From the NCBI GenBank assembly GCA_040220235.1, contig JAVJTO010000071.1: a stretch of 64,000 bases of DNA. One strand, 5' to 3'. Position 1 is the stretch's first letter. Each line of letters opens with the position of its first letter. The position numbers and the translations under genes were made by a program. The notes beneath the pieces were generated by a model that saw nothing but the letters and a program-made list of their open reading frames with translations, made no database searches and was not told the DNA's origin. Source of the stretch: Coleofasciculus sp. B1-GNL1-01 (GTDB taxonomy: Bacteria > Cyanobacteriota > Cyanobacteriia > Cyanobacteriales > Coleofasciculaceae). Below are positions 38,401 to 48,387 of the stretch, one piece after another.

Positions 38401-41073
38401 CTATAGCCAATTACCGATCAGAACGAACGATGCCCAAAAATAGGGATGTTTGTATAAGGGTTCTTCGAGAAGACTAAGCTGTGCTTGTCGCAATGCTTCA
38501 GCTTTGCTCACCTTCAGATCCGTTAGTTGGTGATAGAATTCCTGCATCATTTTTGAAGTGGATTCATCACTCACTGACCAGAGACTGGCGATTGTACTTT
38601 TTGCACCCGATCGCAGGGCAAATCCTGCTAAACCTAATGTAGCTCGATTATCTCCGGCTGCGGTTTGACAGGCACTCATGACTAATAGTTCAATCGGTTG
38701 TAGTAGCCCCAGCCGCCGTTTTTGAAAGATTAGATCGAAGTCTTCTATGGAAATGCGATCGCTCCAGGTGAGCAGAAAGGTTTCCTCCGGATTAGAACTG
38801 AATTGACCGTGAGTCGCCAGGTGAACGATGGGGAAGGATTGGTTGTTAATCAGTTCTTTAAATGTGCCGAAGGTAAAGGTTTCATTAAATAGCACTTTAG
38901 AGTTGACTTGTTGCGACACTTGCGCTATCTCTTCATCAACGCCGGGTAAGGGACTAAACCCTTGACGCGCTTCGGTTAACCCAGCGGCTAATAAACGCAG
39001 TTCCTCTTGGGAGAGTCCTTGGGGAAACAGTTGTAATCCGGGGCTGAAGACAACCCGATACTTTTGCAGGATATACTGTTCTCCATCATAGAGTGCCGCC
39101 ATGGGTAAGTTGCGGAGAAAGCCATCGGGGACAAATACCAGCGTCTGGATATCTTGGCTAGTCATCGCCGCTTCAGCGGGTTGGATTAACCAGGTATACA
39201 CCTGTTGAGAGAGTTTTAACCGTTCGCTACTCGGATAGCCAGGAGACAGGGCGGAATACAGTTGTGTCAGCGTGGATTCAACCTCAGCTTGGGTGAGTTG
39301 AGTGGCGTAGTGGGTGAGGGGTTGATTGGGAATCGAGAGGATTACTTCCAAGCGATCGGGTAATATAATTGGATAAATTACCGCTGCTTGGGTATCAATT
39401 TCTTCTAAAGCAACCGGATTAGTATCTAAACAAGCATCTTGGAAAAAGTTATCCAGTTCGGCTAATTGCAACGCTTCCATCACATCACGGGCTTGTTGCA
39501 AATTGGCTTGATTATCCCCTGCTGTTAACAGTAAGCTAACAAGCTGGCGATAGAGGGGTTCAATCCCTTCTTTAAAGTCGAACTGAACATCGGCACTAAT
39601 CGCCACTAAATCACTGCGTAGGGATTGGATATTATCAAAGGCAATTTTATAAGCGGCGAGGGCTTCGTTGGTTTTGCCTTGTTTTTGCAGGATTTCACCC
39701 AATTGTCCCCCCGCCCGTGCCGCGATATCGTCGGCGTTAATTTCTTGAGCGAGTTTTAGTGACTGTTGGGATAGGGTTTGACTATCGTTTAGTTTCCCAT
39801 TCGCCTGATACAGTTTACCCAATTGATACAGGGCATAAGCTTCGGCTCTAGGATCGTTAATTTGTCGGGCTTGGTTAACGGCTTTCGCCAAGAGTTTTGA
39901 TGTATCCACTGCCAAGGAGTCTGACATCCCGGCTTCATCGTATTTCATCAAACTATCTGCCAGATTAATTTGGGCATAAATTGCCGGACGCGAGGCAGAC
40001 AGTTGGTTCACTTTGGGGGTGATAATGGGGATAAATTCTTGGGCGACATCCCAGCGTTGTAACTCGATTAACATTCGCAATTGATTCAGTTGCGCTTCTA
40101 GTTGAGTTAGGGGATCAGGGGTTAATTCGGCGGCTTGTTGATAGTACGTCCAAGCGACGGCATATTCTTGTAAATCTCGCGCTACATTGCCAATGCTAAA
40201 TAGTGCCTCACTGGTATCTTGGGGTGAGTTTAACTGTTGACTAATTTGCCAACTGGCTTCTAACACGGCTTTCGACTGGCGCAGTTGACCCAGGGTTTGT
40301 AATGCCACACCTAAACTTCTCAATCCCTTGGCTTTCAGCAGACTATTGGGTTCCGTTTGTAATTCACTCACCAATTGTTCCAAGAGAGACTTGGCTCGTC
40401 GATATTTTCCCAAGGTTTGTAAGGCTTGGGCTTGGTTAATTTGGCTGATTAATTGTCCGGTTTTGTCGTCTGCCTGTTCATAAATGGAGGCGGCTTTTTT
40501 CCAGGTATCTAACGCGGTTTGGCTTTGTCCTTGCAGCAGGTGAATCGTGCCTTGAGTATTCAAGGCTTGGGCAAGGAGTAAGCGGGTATTTTTGTCAGTA
40601 TCCGGTTGAGATTTTAACAGGTTTAAACTTTGTGCGATCGCGCTTTGGGCAGATTCCGTATTTCCTAATTCTTTATACGCCAACGCCAGGTAATTCAACG
40701 CCTGGGCTTGCTTGAGAATGAACCCCTCAGCGGCAAAAGTATCTGCTGCGTCTTGCCAGACTCTTGCAGCTTGGTCAAATTGTCCAGCTTGATAATAAAG
40801 TTTCCCCTGTTCAACTAAATCTGATGGTTCAACCGTTTGGCTGTAGAGAGGTTCTATTGGGGGTTCTACTATTTCCGCCCGGTTCTCGACGATTTCCTCC
40901 GTCTGATTCCCCATACCCAACGGAGGATAAGCTGCCGTTGCTGGCAACTTGGGTGATTGTAAAGATAGGGTTAGGAAAAAAGCACCCAGAATCAAAGCAA
41001 TAAAAGAACGGGGGCGTTTCAGCCAACCCTTAAGTGTTTTGTTTACTTGAGAATAGGTTTTACTCATAGTCAT
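38401..41073 (-). CDS. Exported TPR + CHAT (caspase HetF-associated) protease
   Basis: N-terminal hydrophobic segment, TPRs, HLATHG (His), MSACQT (Cys), ASLWSV, HPYFWASFVLIGNW. Confidence 0.93.
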   Translation of the reverse strand: MTMSKTYSQVNKTLKGWLKRPRSFIALILGAFFLTLSLQSPKLPATAAYPPLGMGNQTEEIVENRAEIVEPPIEPLYSQTVEPSDLVEQGKLYYQAGQFDQAARVWQDAADTFAAEGFILKQAQALNYLALAYKELGNTESAQSAIAQSLNLLKSQPDTDKNTRLLLAQALNTQGTIHLLQGQSQTALDTWKKAASIYEQADDKTGQLISQINQAQALQTLGKYRRAKSLLEQLVSELQTEPNSLLKAKGLRSLGVALQTLGQLRQSKAVLEASWQISQQLNSPQDTSEALFSIGNVARDLQEYAVAWTYYQQAAELTPDPLTQLEAQLNQLRMLIELQRWDVAQEFIPIITPKVNQLSASRPAIYAQINLADSLMKYDEAGMSDSLAVDTSKLLAKAVNQARQINDPRAEAYALYQLGKLYQANGKLNDSQTLSQQSLKLAQEINADDIAARAGGQLGEILQKQGKTNEALAAYKIAFDNIQSLRSDLVAISADVQFDFKEGIEPLYRQLVSLLLTAGDNQANLQQARDVMEALQLAELDNFFQDACLDTNPVALEEIDTQAAVIYPIILPDRLEVILSIPNQPLTHYATQLTQAEVESTLTQLYSALSPGYPSSERLKLSQQVYTWLIQPAEAAMTSQDIQTLVFVPDGFLRNLPMAALYDGEQYILQKYRVVFSPGLQLFPQGLSQEELRLLAAGLTEARQGFSPLPGVDEEIAQVSQQVNSKVLFNETFTFGTFKELINNQSFPIVHLATHGQFSSNPEETFLLTWSDRISIEDFDLIFQKRRLGLLQPIELLVMSACQTAAGDNRATLGLAGFALRSGAKSTIASLWSVSDESTSKMMQEFYHQLTDLKVSKAEALRQAQLSLLEEPLYKHPYFWASFVLIGNWL

Positions 41074-41482
41074 TCATTTATGCATCTCTTAAATAATTCG
41101 TAGGGGCGCACCGACGTGCGCCCTTTGCCCTTTCCCCACCGACGTGCGCCCTATTCACCGACATATACCCAGATATTGCTCAAAATTTAAACTTCTCTAA
41201 ATCCCCTTAAAAAGAAAGACTTTGAGAAAACTATTGTTTTTTTGCCTCCCTTTTCTGAAAATTATTGCTTCTTCCCCAGGAATTTTTGCTTCTTGTTCCC
41301 CCCTTTTAAAGGAGGGTTAGGGGGGATCTCTTACCCACCTAAAGCTTCTGATGCTAAATCCACCTTTGTCACCCCCTTGATACCTTAAGTCCTGTTGCCT
41401 GTTGCTTGTTGCCTTGTCCCCACTATAAAGGAGGTAGTTGACCCGGATTGAGTATGATGCAATACCTCGATAAGGGCGCACG

Positions 41483-44400
41483 TCAGTGCGCCCCTACACA
41501 ATTGGCGTATTGATTCGGTAATGTCTCTTGAGGCACAGCCGCCACTAATTCAATCTCTCCTTGTTCATTTTTTACCCAACCCGTCGCTTCCACAAGATAC
41601 CGCCGTTCAGAAGTTGATTCTACCGGATTCGGAACAGGCTGTTTAGCTTGAGGCTGATTTTCCGGTGCAGTTGCGGCAAAATCGCGCACATCCGATAACA
41701 AGGTTTGACCGCGAATCGGTGCCGTAGGATCACTGGGGACTCCTCCTCGCCCAGTAATTGTAAACACATTCCCCTCAGCCGCCGCACAGGTTTTCACCAC
41801 TTGGTTACTGGTATCAGCAAGTTGATCCGGTAGTTTGATTAATCCTGATTCAGGATCAATCTCTGGACTCGTTAGCGAGAATGTACCATCAATACCCAAC
41901 TCAGAACTAACAGTAATGTCATTAGTCATGACTTCTCGTGGGTTATCTAAGTCCCGAAACTCAATAAAAAAGAGATCATTTGTTGAAATACCAATATTAC
42001 CTCCATCACCCTCGAAGGCATTAGCGGTAATATCGCTATTTTGTCCAGGAACGGCAACAACAAATGGGGTAGCGATTTGAATATTTCCTCCATTCCCGAA
42101 CCCACTATCTATCCCGGCTGTCGCTGAAATTAAACTCCCTCCGCGCAAGATTATTATATTGTCTAAGGATAGGGCAATATTCCCCCCATCATCACTGGCG
42201 GCTTCTGCCGAAATCCGACCATTATCTAGAATCAATTGACCGCCTTGAAGCTGAATACTTCCCCCTGTTCCTGTACCTTCGCTATCTACGGAAATTGCTC
42301 CACCATCGCGAATTTGAACCAAGTTTGGATCAATGAAGATACTGCCACTATTTCCTGTAGACTCTGGGGTTGTACTGGAAAAGATACCTGTATTTTCACC
42401 CATAATGGTAATCACGTTGTCCACATTGACAACTGTGTTCCCGGCATTACCACTTCCGGCGGTATCGGTGCTGATTTGCGCTCCATCTTTCAAGATGAGA
42501 GCGTTTCCAGTAATCTCAACTAAACCGCCATTTCCTGATGAACCTTCGGCAGCATTAGAAAACACACCTGTATCTTCACCAAAAAGTTGAATTGAGTTAG
42601 CGTTGACGAATATTTTGCCCGCATCTTGGCTACTTTCAGTCAACGCTTCTAACTGTGCGCCGTTCCTAACAGATAGGGATGCGGCATTAATCGTTAATGT
42701 GCCGCCACCTCCAGTTGCACCCGCCAAGGTTCCGACATACACACCACTAGGGTCAAAGTCCCCACCTTTATCGCCATCAAATATAGCTGCCCCAGTTACA
42801 TCAATATTAATATTTCCGGCATTACTCCCTGCTTCTGATTGACCACTGGTACTGGCACTAATAAATCCACTATCCGTTACCGAAAGCTGATTTGTATTAA
42901 TGGTAATGTCGTTCCCTTGACCCTTTGATGTGGGTGCAACCTCACTTAGAATACCACTAGGGATTGGGAAGTTTGGACCCAGTACAGCACCCTTAATCTC
43001 AATTTCATCAGCATTAACATCAATTTGACCCGCATTTCCTGATGCGACAGTCGTCGTTCTAATTTGTCCCCCATCTTCCAGCAAAAGTTTACCCGTCTCG
43101 ACTGAAACCATCCCCGCATTGCCATTCCCTCGACGAATGCCCATTGGAAATAAGGCATCAGGCAAGGCAGGAAAATCGGATGCATCAGCAAAAAACGGAC
43201 CGTTAGGAATATTCAAAAAAGGCAGTACCGCACTCACAATCCCACTAGGGTTGTCGCCTGATGTTCCAATTAATTTAATTGATTCCGTGGCAATAACACT
43301 AACATTTCCAGCGTTTCCTACACCTGCTGTGGAAGAAAAAATCTGGCTGCCATCTGTAGCCATCAGTGTGTTTGTGGTTACTACCACCTCTCCAGCATTG
43401 CCTCCCCTGACAAAAGAGGTTTCACTGGAAATTGTACTACTATTTTCTAGGACTATGGAATCAGCCTCGACGCTGACAGCACCAGCGTTTCCTGTACCTG
43501 ATGTTGCTGTGTTGATTCTACTCCCTTGGCGCAGGCTCAAGGAACTGGTGGAAATATTGATAGCACCACCTTGTTCGCTACCGACGTAAAGAGTTTCAAC
43601 TTCATTGTTATTTGTTAATTGAATGGTAGGAGCTGTGAGACTGATATCACCGCCAAGCCCATTAGCTTGAGTAAAACTCACACTTTCAATCTTACTTGAG
43701 TCATTAAAAAGAATTGACGTACCACTATTCATCGTTACATCACCGCCAACTAATCCCACGGATGCAATTTCACTGTTAGCCGCAATAGAAAGATCTCCAC
43801 GAGCATCAATGGCAATGTCTCCCCCTAGCTCAAACATTGGTAATTGGGGTTCCAATTTATCTGCGGCTGTAATAAGACTTTCGACTTGAATACTGCCATT
43901 GGATAAAGCTAAGTTGGGTTGATATTGATTCGTCAGTAGGACTAAACCACCAGATTGGGCAATTTCAATCTTACCCACGCTAATATTAGAACCACTGAGA
44001 GAAGGCGTTTCAAATGTAACCGAACCTGTAGGAATATCCGTTGGTGTTGGAATACCTGGAACTCCCGTAAATGGCGCTTGAGTCCAGTCAATTCCGGCTC
44101 TCACATCTAAGGTTGCTTGACTATCTCCATTGACAGTAACCGAAGTGCCATCAGACAATGTAACATTACTCAGGGCGCTATAGGGTGTATTTGTTCCCGG
44201 AATCAGGGTGTCATTGTTACTGTTAATTGTGCTAGCCGTTGGTCCCGTATTATTAATGGTAACTGTGCCTAACTCAACACTTCCTCCTGCCAAGATATGT
44301 AGCGACGCACCCTCATAATTACCGAGTTTCACATCACCTGCAGCTAGGACAATGGGATCATCGGCGGCAAAACTATTCCCTGGAGTCCCGTCGAGTTGCT

Positions 44401-45286
44401 CAACCGAAAATTGACCATTAGTGGCATAATGACCATCAAGTTGAATGTCATTAGCTGAACGCAGAGTCATGTTGCCGTTGGAACTCAAGCCACTATTTGC
44501 ATGGTTTAAGATAGATAGGGTTAAGCCTTGATTTCCTTGGGCGACAAATTCACCCCCAGCCATGGCGATAAATGGATTAGTCGCCGTATCTTCTATGGTT
44601 AATAGTTCTGAGGCTTTGAGTTTCAGGTCGCTCCCAGCTGTTAATTGACCCCCTTCTAGGTCAATCGTTTGACCGATGAATGATAAATCTTGTCCGGCTG
44701 ATAAATTTCCTGTACTGGTAATGTCTCCAGTCGGGGGTAACCATTGAGAAATACCTAAAGGAGTCGTAACGGTGAGCAAGGGGGGCGAATCAGGATTCGT
44801 AGCGCTGAATGTATACCCATTGTCGAATACGACACCACCCGATGTGCTAGCCGCAAAAGAGCCAGCAACATCCAGACGAGCATTCGGACCAAAGATAATC
44901 CCATTGGGATTGAGTAAATACAGATTGGCGTCACCCAAAACGCCTAATGTCCCAAAAATATCTGAGTGATTGTTTCCGGTGACTCGACTGAAAATATTGG
45001 CAATATCACTAGGATTGGCAAAGTAAACCTGTTGACCTTCATTGACATTAAACTGATCAAAGCTATGAAATAAGGTTGATCCTCGGCTTGCACCACCATT
45101 GATTAGATCGATAATCTGGTTATTAAGCTCAACATTGGGCGTGACAATAGAACTCTCTGAACCCAATGTGTTATCTGGCACAATTGATTGTGAAAAACTA
45201 GGCAGAGGATCACCAAAAATATAACCAAATGCGCCGCTGATTAGGGCAACTTTACAAATACTGAACCAATCACGCTTGTGAAGCAT
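41483..45286 (-). CDS. Filamentous haemagglutinin family (TpsA) exoprotein
   Basis: 'IVPDNTLG', 'LFHSF.QFNV', 'NIFSRVTG', 'LLNPNGIIFG', GNAG repeats, C-terminal 'NSDITANA', 'FTITGRGG.P', 'EATGW'. Confidence 0.92.
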   Translation of the reverse strand: MLHKRDWFSICKVALISGAFGYIFGDPLPSFSQSIVPDNTLGSESSIVTPNVELNNQIIDLINGGASRGSTLFHSFDQFNVNEGQQVYFANPSDIANIFSRVTGNNHSDIFGTLGVLGDANLYLLNPNGIIFGPNARLDVAGSFAASTSGGVVFDNGYTFSATNPDSPPLLTVTTPLGISQWLPPTGDITSTGNLSAGQDLSFIGQTIDLEGGQLTAGSDLKLKASELLTIEDTATNPFIAMAGGEFVAQGNQGLTLSILNHANSGLSSNGNMTLRSANDIQLDGHYATNGQFSVEQLDGTPGNSFAADDPIVLAAGDVKLGNYEGASLHILAGGSVELGTVTINNTGPTASTINSNNDTLIPGTNTPYSALSNVTLSDGTSVTVNGDSQATLDVRAGIDWTQAPFTGVPGIPTPTDIPTGSVTFETPSLSGSNISVGKIEIAQSGGLVLLTNQYQPNLALSNGSIQVESLITAADKLEPQLPMFELGGDIAIDARGDLSIAANSEIASVGLVGGDVTMNSGTSILFNDSSKIESVSFTQANGLGGDISLTAPTIQLTNNNEVETLYVGSEQGGAINISTSSLSLRQGSRINTATSGTGNAGAVSVEADSIVLENSSTISSETSFVRGGNAGEVVVTTNTLMATDGSQIFSSTAGVGNAGNVSVIATESIKLIGTSGDNPSGIVSAVLPFLNIPNGPFFADASDFPALPDALFPMGIRRGNGNAGMVSVETGKLLLEDGGQIRTTTVASGNAGQIDVNADEIEIKGAVLGPNFPIPSGILSEVAPTSKGQGNDITINTNQLSVTDSGFISASTSGQSEAGSNAGNINIDVTGAAIFDGDKGGDFDPSGVYVGTLAGATGGGGTLTINAASLSVRNGAQLEALTESSQDAGKIFVNANSIQLFGEDTGVFSNAAEGSSGNGGLVEITGNALILKDGAQISTDTAGSGNAGNTVVNVDNVITIMGENTGIFSSTTPESTGNSGSIFIDPNLVQIRDGGAISVDSEGTGTGGSIQLQGGQLILDNGRISAEAASDDGGNIALSLDNIIILRGGSLISATAGIDSGFGNGGNIQIATPFVVAVPGQNSDITANAFEGDGGNIGISTNDLFFIEFRDLDNPREVMTNDITVSSELGIDGTFSLTSPEIDPESGLIKLPDQLADTSNQVVKTCAAAEGNVFTITGRGGVPSDPTAPIRGQTLLSDVRDFAATAPENQPQAKQPVPNPVESTSERRYLVEATGWVKNEQGEIELVAAVPQETLPNQYANCVGAH

Positions 45287-45846
45287 TGTCCTTCCTTCCT
45301 AGCAATCTCAATATGGCTATTTGTCAAAGCTCAGTAATGAGCTGATTTTAAGATATGACACAACTGTTTTGTTTGTTGATTGACTCACTCGAACTATCGG
45401 GGAAAACGTCACCGTTATAGTGCCGTGAGCCACCTAGTATGTAGTAAGCACTTTAGTGCTTTAATGCCCAGCTAGAGAGGGCTAAGGTCTCCTGACAACG
45501 AAGCAAGTCTGTTCCAGAATTTGAGCTGTGTCTATCCAGATAGTTGGGTTAAGCGATCGCGAAATCCAACCCAATTGAATCTTTTGTGCTGTCCCTGATA
45601 TTCTCCCAATAATCCAATTCTATATAAGTTAATCATTCTAGCATATAACTAGGGTAAATATAACATTTTTTTAGTTTATTTTATGAAGGTAGATTACGCT
45701 CAAAACCTGCACTGATAGTCTTGGCTTCAACGATATATTTTTCTAAATGAGTTGTGAAAATGTGTCTACAGCTATAATCAATTGGGTGAGTCTCAGGGGC
45801 ATAGGTTTTTACAGATAGAGGGTGCGTTACGCTTTGCTAACGCACC

Positions 45847-48252
45847 CTACAGTTTATATAGCGTTTCATTTGAGTTGTGAACCCCACCGTTGCCACCTTC
45901 AATGATCTCTGACAACGAACTTCCCTTGATTGTATCTACCCCATTGCCACCTTTTAGTGTGACAGTGGCTTTAGCAGGAGCAATGACATTAAGTTGGGAT
46001 AAGTCGATATCTCCCTGACCATTTTGGGTATCAAAGGTCATCGTTGTCCCCAAAATCTCTAAGTCTGTCGCCAGATAGCCTTTGTTTTTTAAAGCATTAA
46101 GGTCTAATGTCGTCAGTCGGGTGGTAGTGACAGATGAGTCAATCACAATCTTTAAACTGCTTAAGGAATTAGTTGCTGGAGCAAGAGTATTGAGTGCGTC
46201 TTGCAAATCATTGTAGTTGATAATCTCTGTTCCTGGCGTTAAATTTTCATTCGCCAAAGACACGTCATCTGATTGGGCTAAAATAATCACGTTATCAGCG
46301 AAATCTGGAGTGACTTGAGCCTCAGCAATTGCCATCCGTTCAGTTTTGTTGGTGTTAGGATTTATTAGCTCAAGATCGCCCGAATTGAAAATATCAGCAC
46401 CTCCACGACTATCTTCACTTAATGCACTCGAATAAACCATCTCCATTAATTGCTGATTAAAATCAGCAATTTGTTGTGCCGCCGTTGGATCAGTGAATGT
46501 ATCCAGTGCCAGAAAAGCATTCCACTCATTGGGAATTAGACTGATCAGCCCTTTATTATCAAAGTCAAAATGAAGACCTGCTGCACCCTTTTGTCCGCTA
46601 GGAAGAAAATCGGATGTGTTATAAGCCTGTCCACTGGCTATTAGTGAATCACAATTGTCATAAATGATCTGACCCGTTACAGTGCTGATACAGTAATCGA
46701 AATCTAGAATGGTTACGTATTCGGGATTGAGCGGATCATCTGTTTTGGGATCAAACAGGTCAGAATAAATACGTACTGGCTCTCCATTACTGAGCGTCCC
46801 GATGTACCGCATAAACGGAATTGTGCCATAGTCAGCACTGGTGTTATTCGATGTGCTTGATTCAAAAACATTAGCACCGTTGGCTGCGACACTAACTTGA
46901 CCCCCAACGATATTTTGCTTGACGTTTACTATCGATGAACCCGCTACTTTGTCAATTTTATCGACAGGAAGCCAAAATTTTCCTTTAACTTGCGTGTTGT
47001 TGTATTCCGATAATTTAGCATTTTCCCCTAATGAAGCGTAGATATTGTTGGTTTGAACATACTCATTACTGACAATTGTTTTTACTGTCAATTGTGCGGA
47101 TTCACCAGAGGAGAGGGAAGGAATTACCACTTCCACAGAGTCTGGATTGCCATCACCCGTTAAGCTTTGACCATTGGCAGCAATATAGGGGTCAATCGTA
47201 CCATCCTGATCCGGATCGTATGTATCCAAATTAATTGCGCCAGCAGGAATAAATAATTCGGAGACGTTTAACTGTAAGTCAGCACTATCGGTAATCAAAA
47301 CAGACTCAGCCAGCGCTGAACCCTTGTTAGTGACGGTCAATGTATAGGAAAATTCTTCATCGGGAATTGCAATGTTTTGACCTTCTGATGTTGGGATGAA
47401 TGTCTTGACAACTTCCAAGTCAATTTCTTGCCGATTGCCGAAGTCATTATCGATTCCAGGCATATCAGCAACAGTAAATTCCTCAAATCCAGCATCTGAA
47501 CCATTTATTTTATCCGCACTGCCTAACTTGGCAAAGAGATAAACATAAGTGCTATCATCGGCTCCCGCAAAAGCACGTTCAGGAATATAAAATAAGGCGT
47601 CACCGGAACCACTTCCCGATGTCAACGCTGCATCAAACAGCACCGAGTTGCCTAAATCAAAAACAGCTTGTCCGCCATTTAAGGCTCCCGTTAGCGTCTG
47701 ATTGCTGGGATTGTAACCACTCAGCGTAGGAGAATCGCCCAAAAAGAGTCTAAACTCTTCTAGCACGATCTCAGAAGCCCTATTCCTTTCATTCAAATCC
47801 AGGCGGATTTCGCGGAACGTTTCTCCCGCTTTCGTCACCTGTGGCAGTTCAGACAGTTGCAGCGATCGCGCTGATGTGACATCGGGTTGACTCACCGCTG
47901 CATCTGTGTTATAGCCTTCCTCTTCCGGAGTAGCTTTCAGTTTAAGAAATGAGTCATTAGTACCAGAACCCGACGCTAAATCAGCACGAACAATATAAGC
48001 ACCATTGACAAATCCTGACTGATTAGCGGTTAAATCCAGAACTGAGTCTGTGAAAATATGAGGTGTCGCCTCTGTCCCCGTTTGTAAATTCGTAGCCGTT
48101 AACAAAAATGTTGCACTCGCCGAATGATCAGGATGAGCAAGCCAAAAGGATAGAGTCAGAAAAAAAGCACCTAGAAGCGGCACAAGAGAAGAACGGGGGT
48201 GCTTTAGCCAACCTTTAAGAGTTTTGTTGATTTGAGAATATATTGTACTCAT
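45847..48252 (-). CDS. Chimeric, C-terminally truncated paralogue of the 48388-53184 surface protein (DUF11-like domain; no SdrD-B repeats)
   Basis: Colinear similarity to the neighbouring protein; first ~36 aa match the CHAT N-terminus; ends where the RTX repeats would begin. Confidence 0.8.
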   Translation of the reverse strand: MSTIYSQINKTLKGWLKHPRSSLVPLLGAFFLTLSFWLAHPDHSASATFLLTATNLQTGTEATPHIFTDSVLDLTANQSGFVNGAYIVRADLASGSGTNDSFLKLKATPEEEGYNTDAAVSQPDVTSARSLQLSELPQVTKAGETFREIRLDLNERNRASEIVLEEFRLFLGDSPTLSGYNPSNQTLTGALNGGQAVFDLGNSVLFDAALTSGSGSGDALFYIPERAFAGADDSTYVYLFAKLGSADKINGSDAGFEEFTVADMPGIDNDFGNRQEIDLEVVKTFIPTSEGQNIAIPDEEFSYTLTVTNKGSALAESVLITDSADLQLNVSELFIPAGAINLDTYDPDQDGTIDPYIAANGQSLTGDGNPDSVEVVIPSLSSGESAQLTVKTIVSNEYVQTNNIYASLGENAKLSEYNNTQVKGKFWLPVDKIDKVAGSSIVNVKQNIVGGQVSVAANGANVFESSTSNNTSADYGTIPFMRYIGTLSNGEPVRIYSDLFDPKTDDPLNPEYVTILDFDYCISTVTGQIIYDNCDSLIASGQAYNTSDFLPSGQKGAAGLHFDFDNKGLISLIPNEWNAFLALDTFTDPTAAQQIADFNQQLMEMVYSSALSEDSRGGADIFNSGDLELINPNTNKTERMAIAEAQVTPDFADNVIILAQSDDVSLANENLTPGTEIINYNDLQDALNTLAPATNSLSSLKIVIDSSVTTTRLTTLDLNALKNKGYLATDLEILGTTMTFDTQNGQGDIDLSQLNVIAPAKATVTLKGGNGVDTIKGSSLSEIIEGGNGGVHNSNETLYKL

Positions 48253-48324
48253 GTTAATCCGTTGACAAAACTATCGATAATCCATAAGGGCGCACGTCGG
48301 TGCGCCCTACACTGATATTAAGAT

Positions 48325-48378
48325 TCCTCCTCGACCCTCGAATGCATCAGCGGTAATATTGCTATTTTGCTCAGGAAC
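48325..48378 (-). pseudogene. Remnant of a filamentous haemagglutinin 3' region
   Basis: Translates VPEQNSNITADAFEGRGG vs VPGQNSDITANAFEGDGG in 41483-45286. Confidence 0.75.
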
Positions 48379-48387
48379 TTTTAGACA

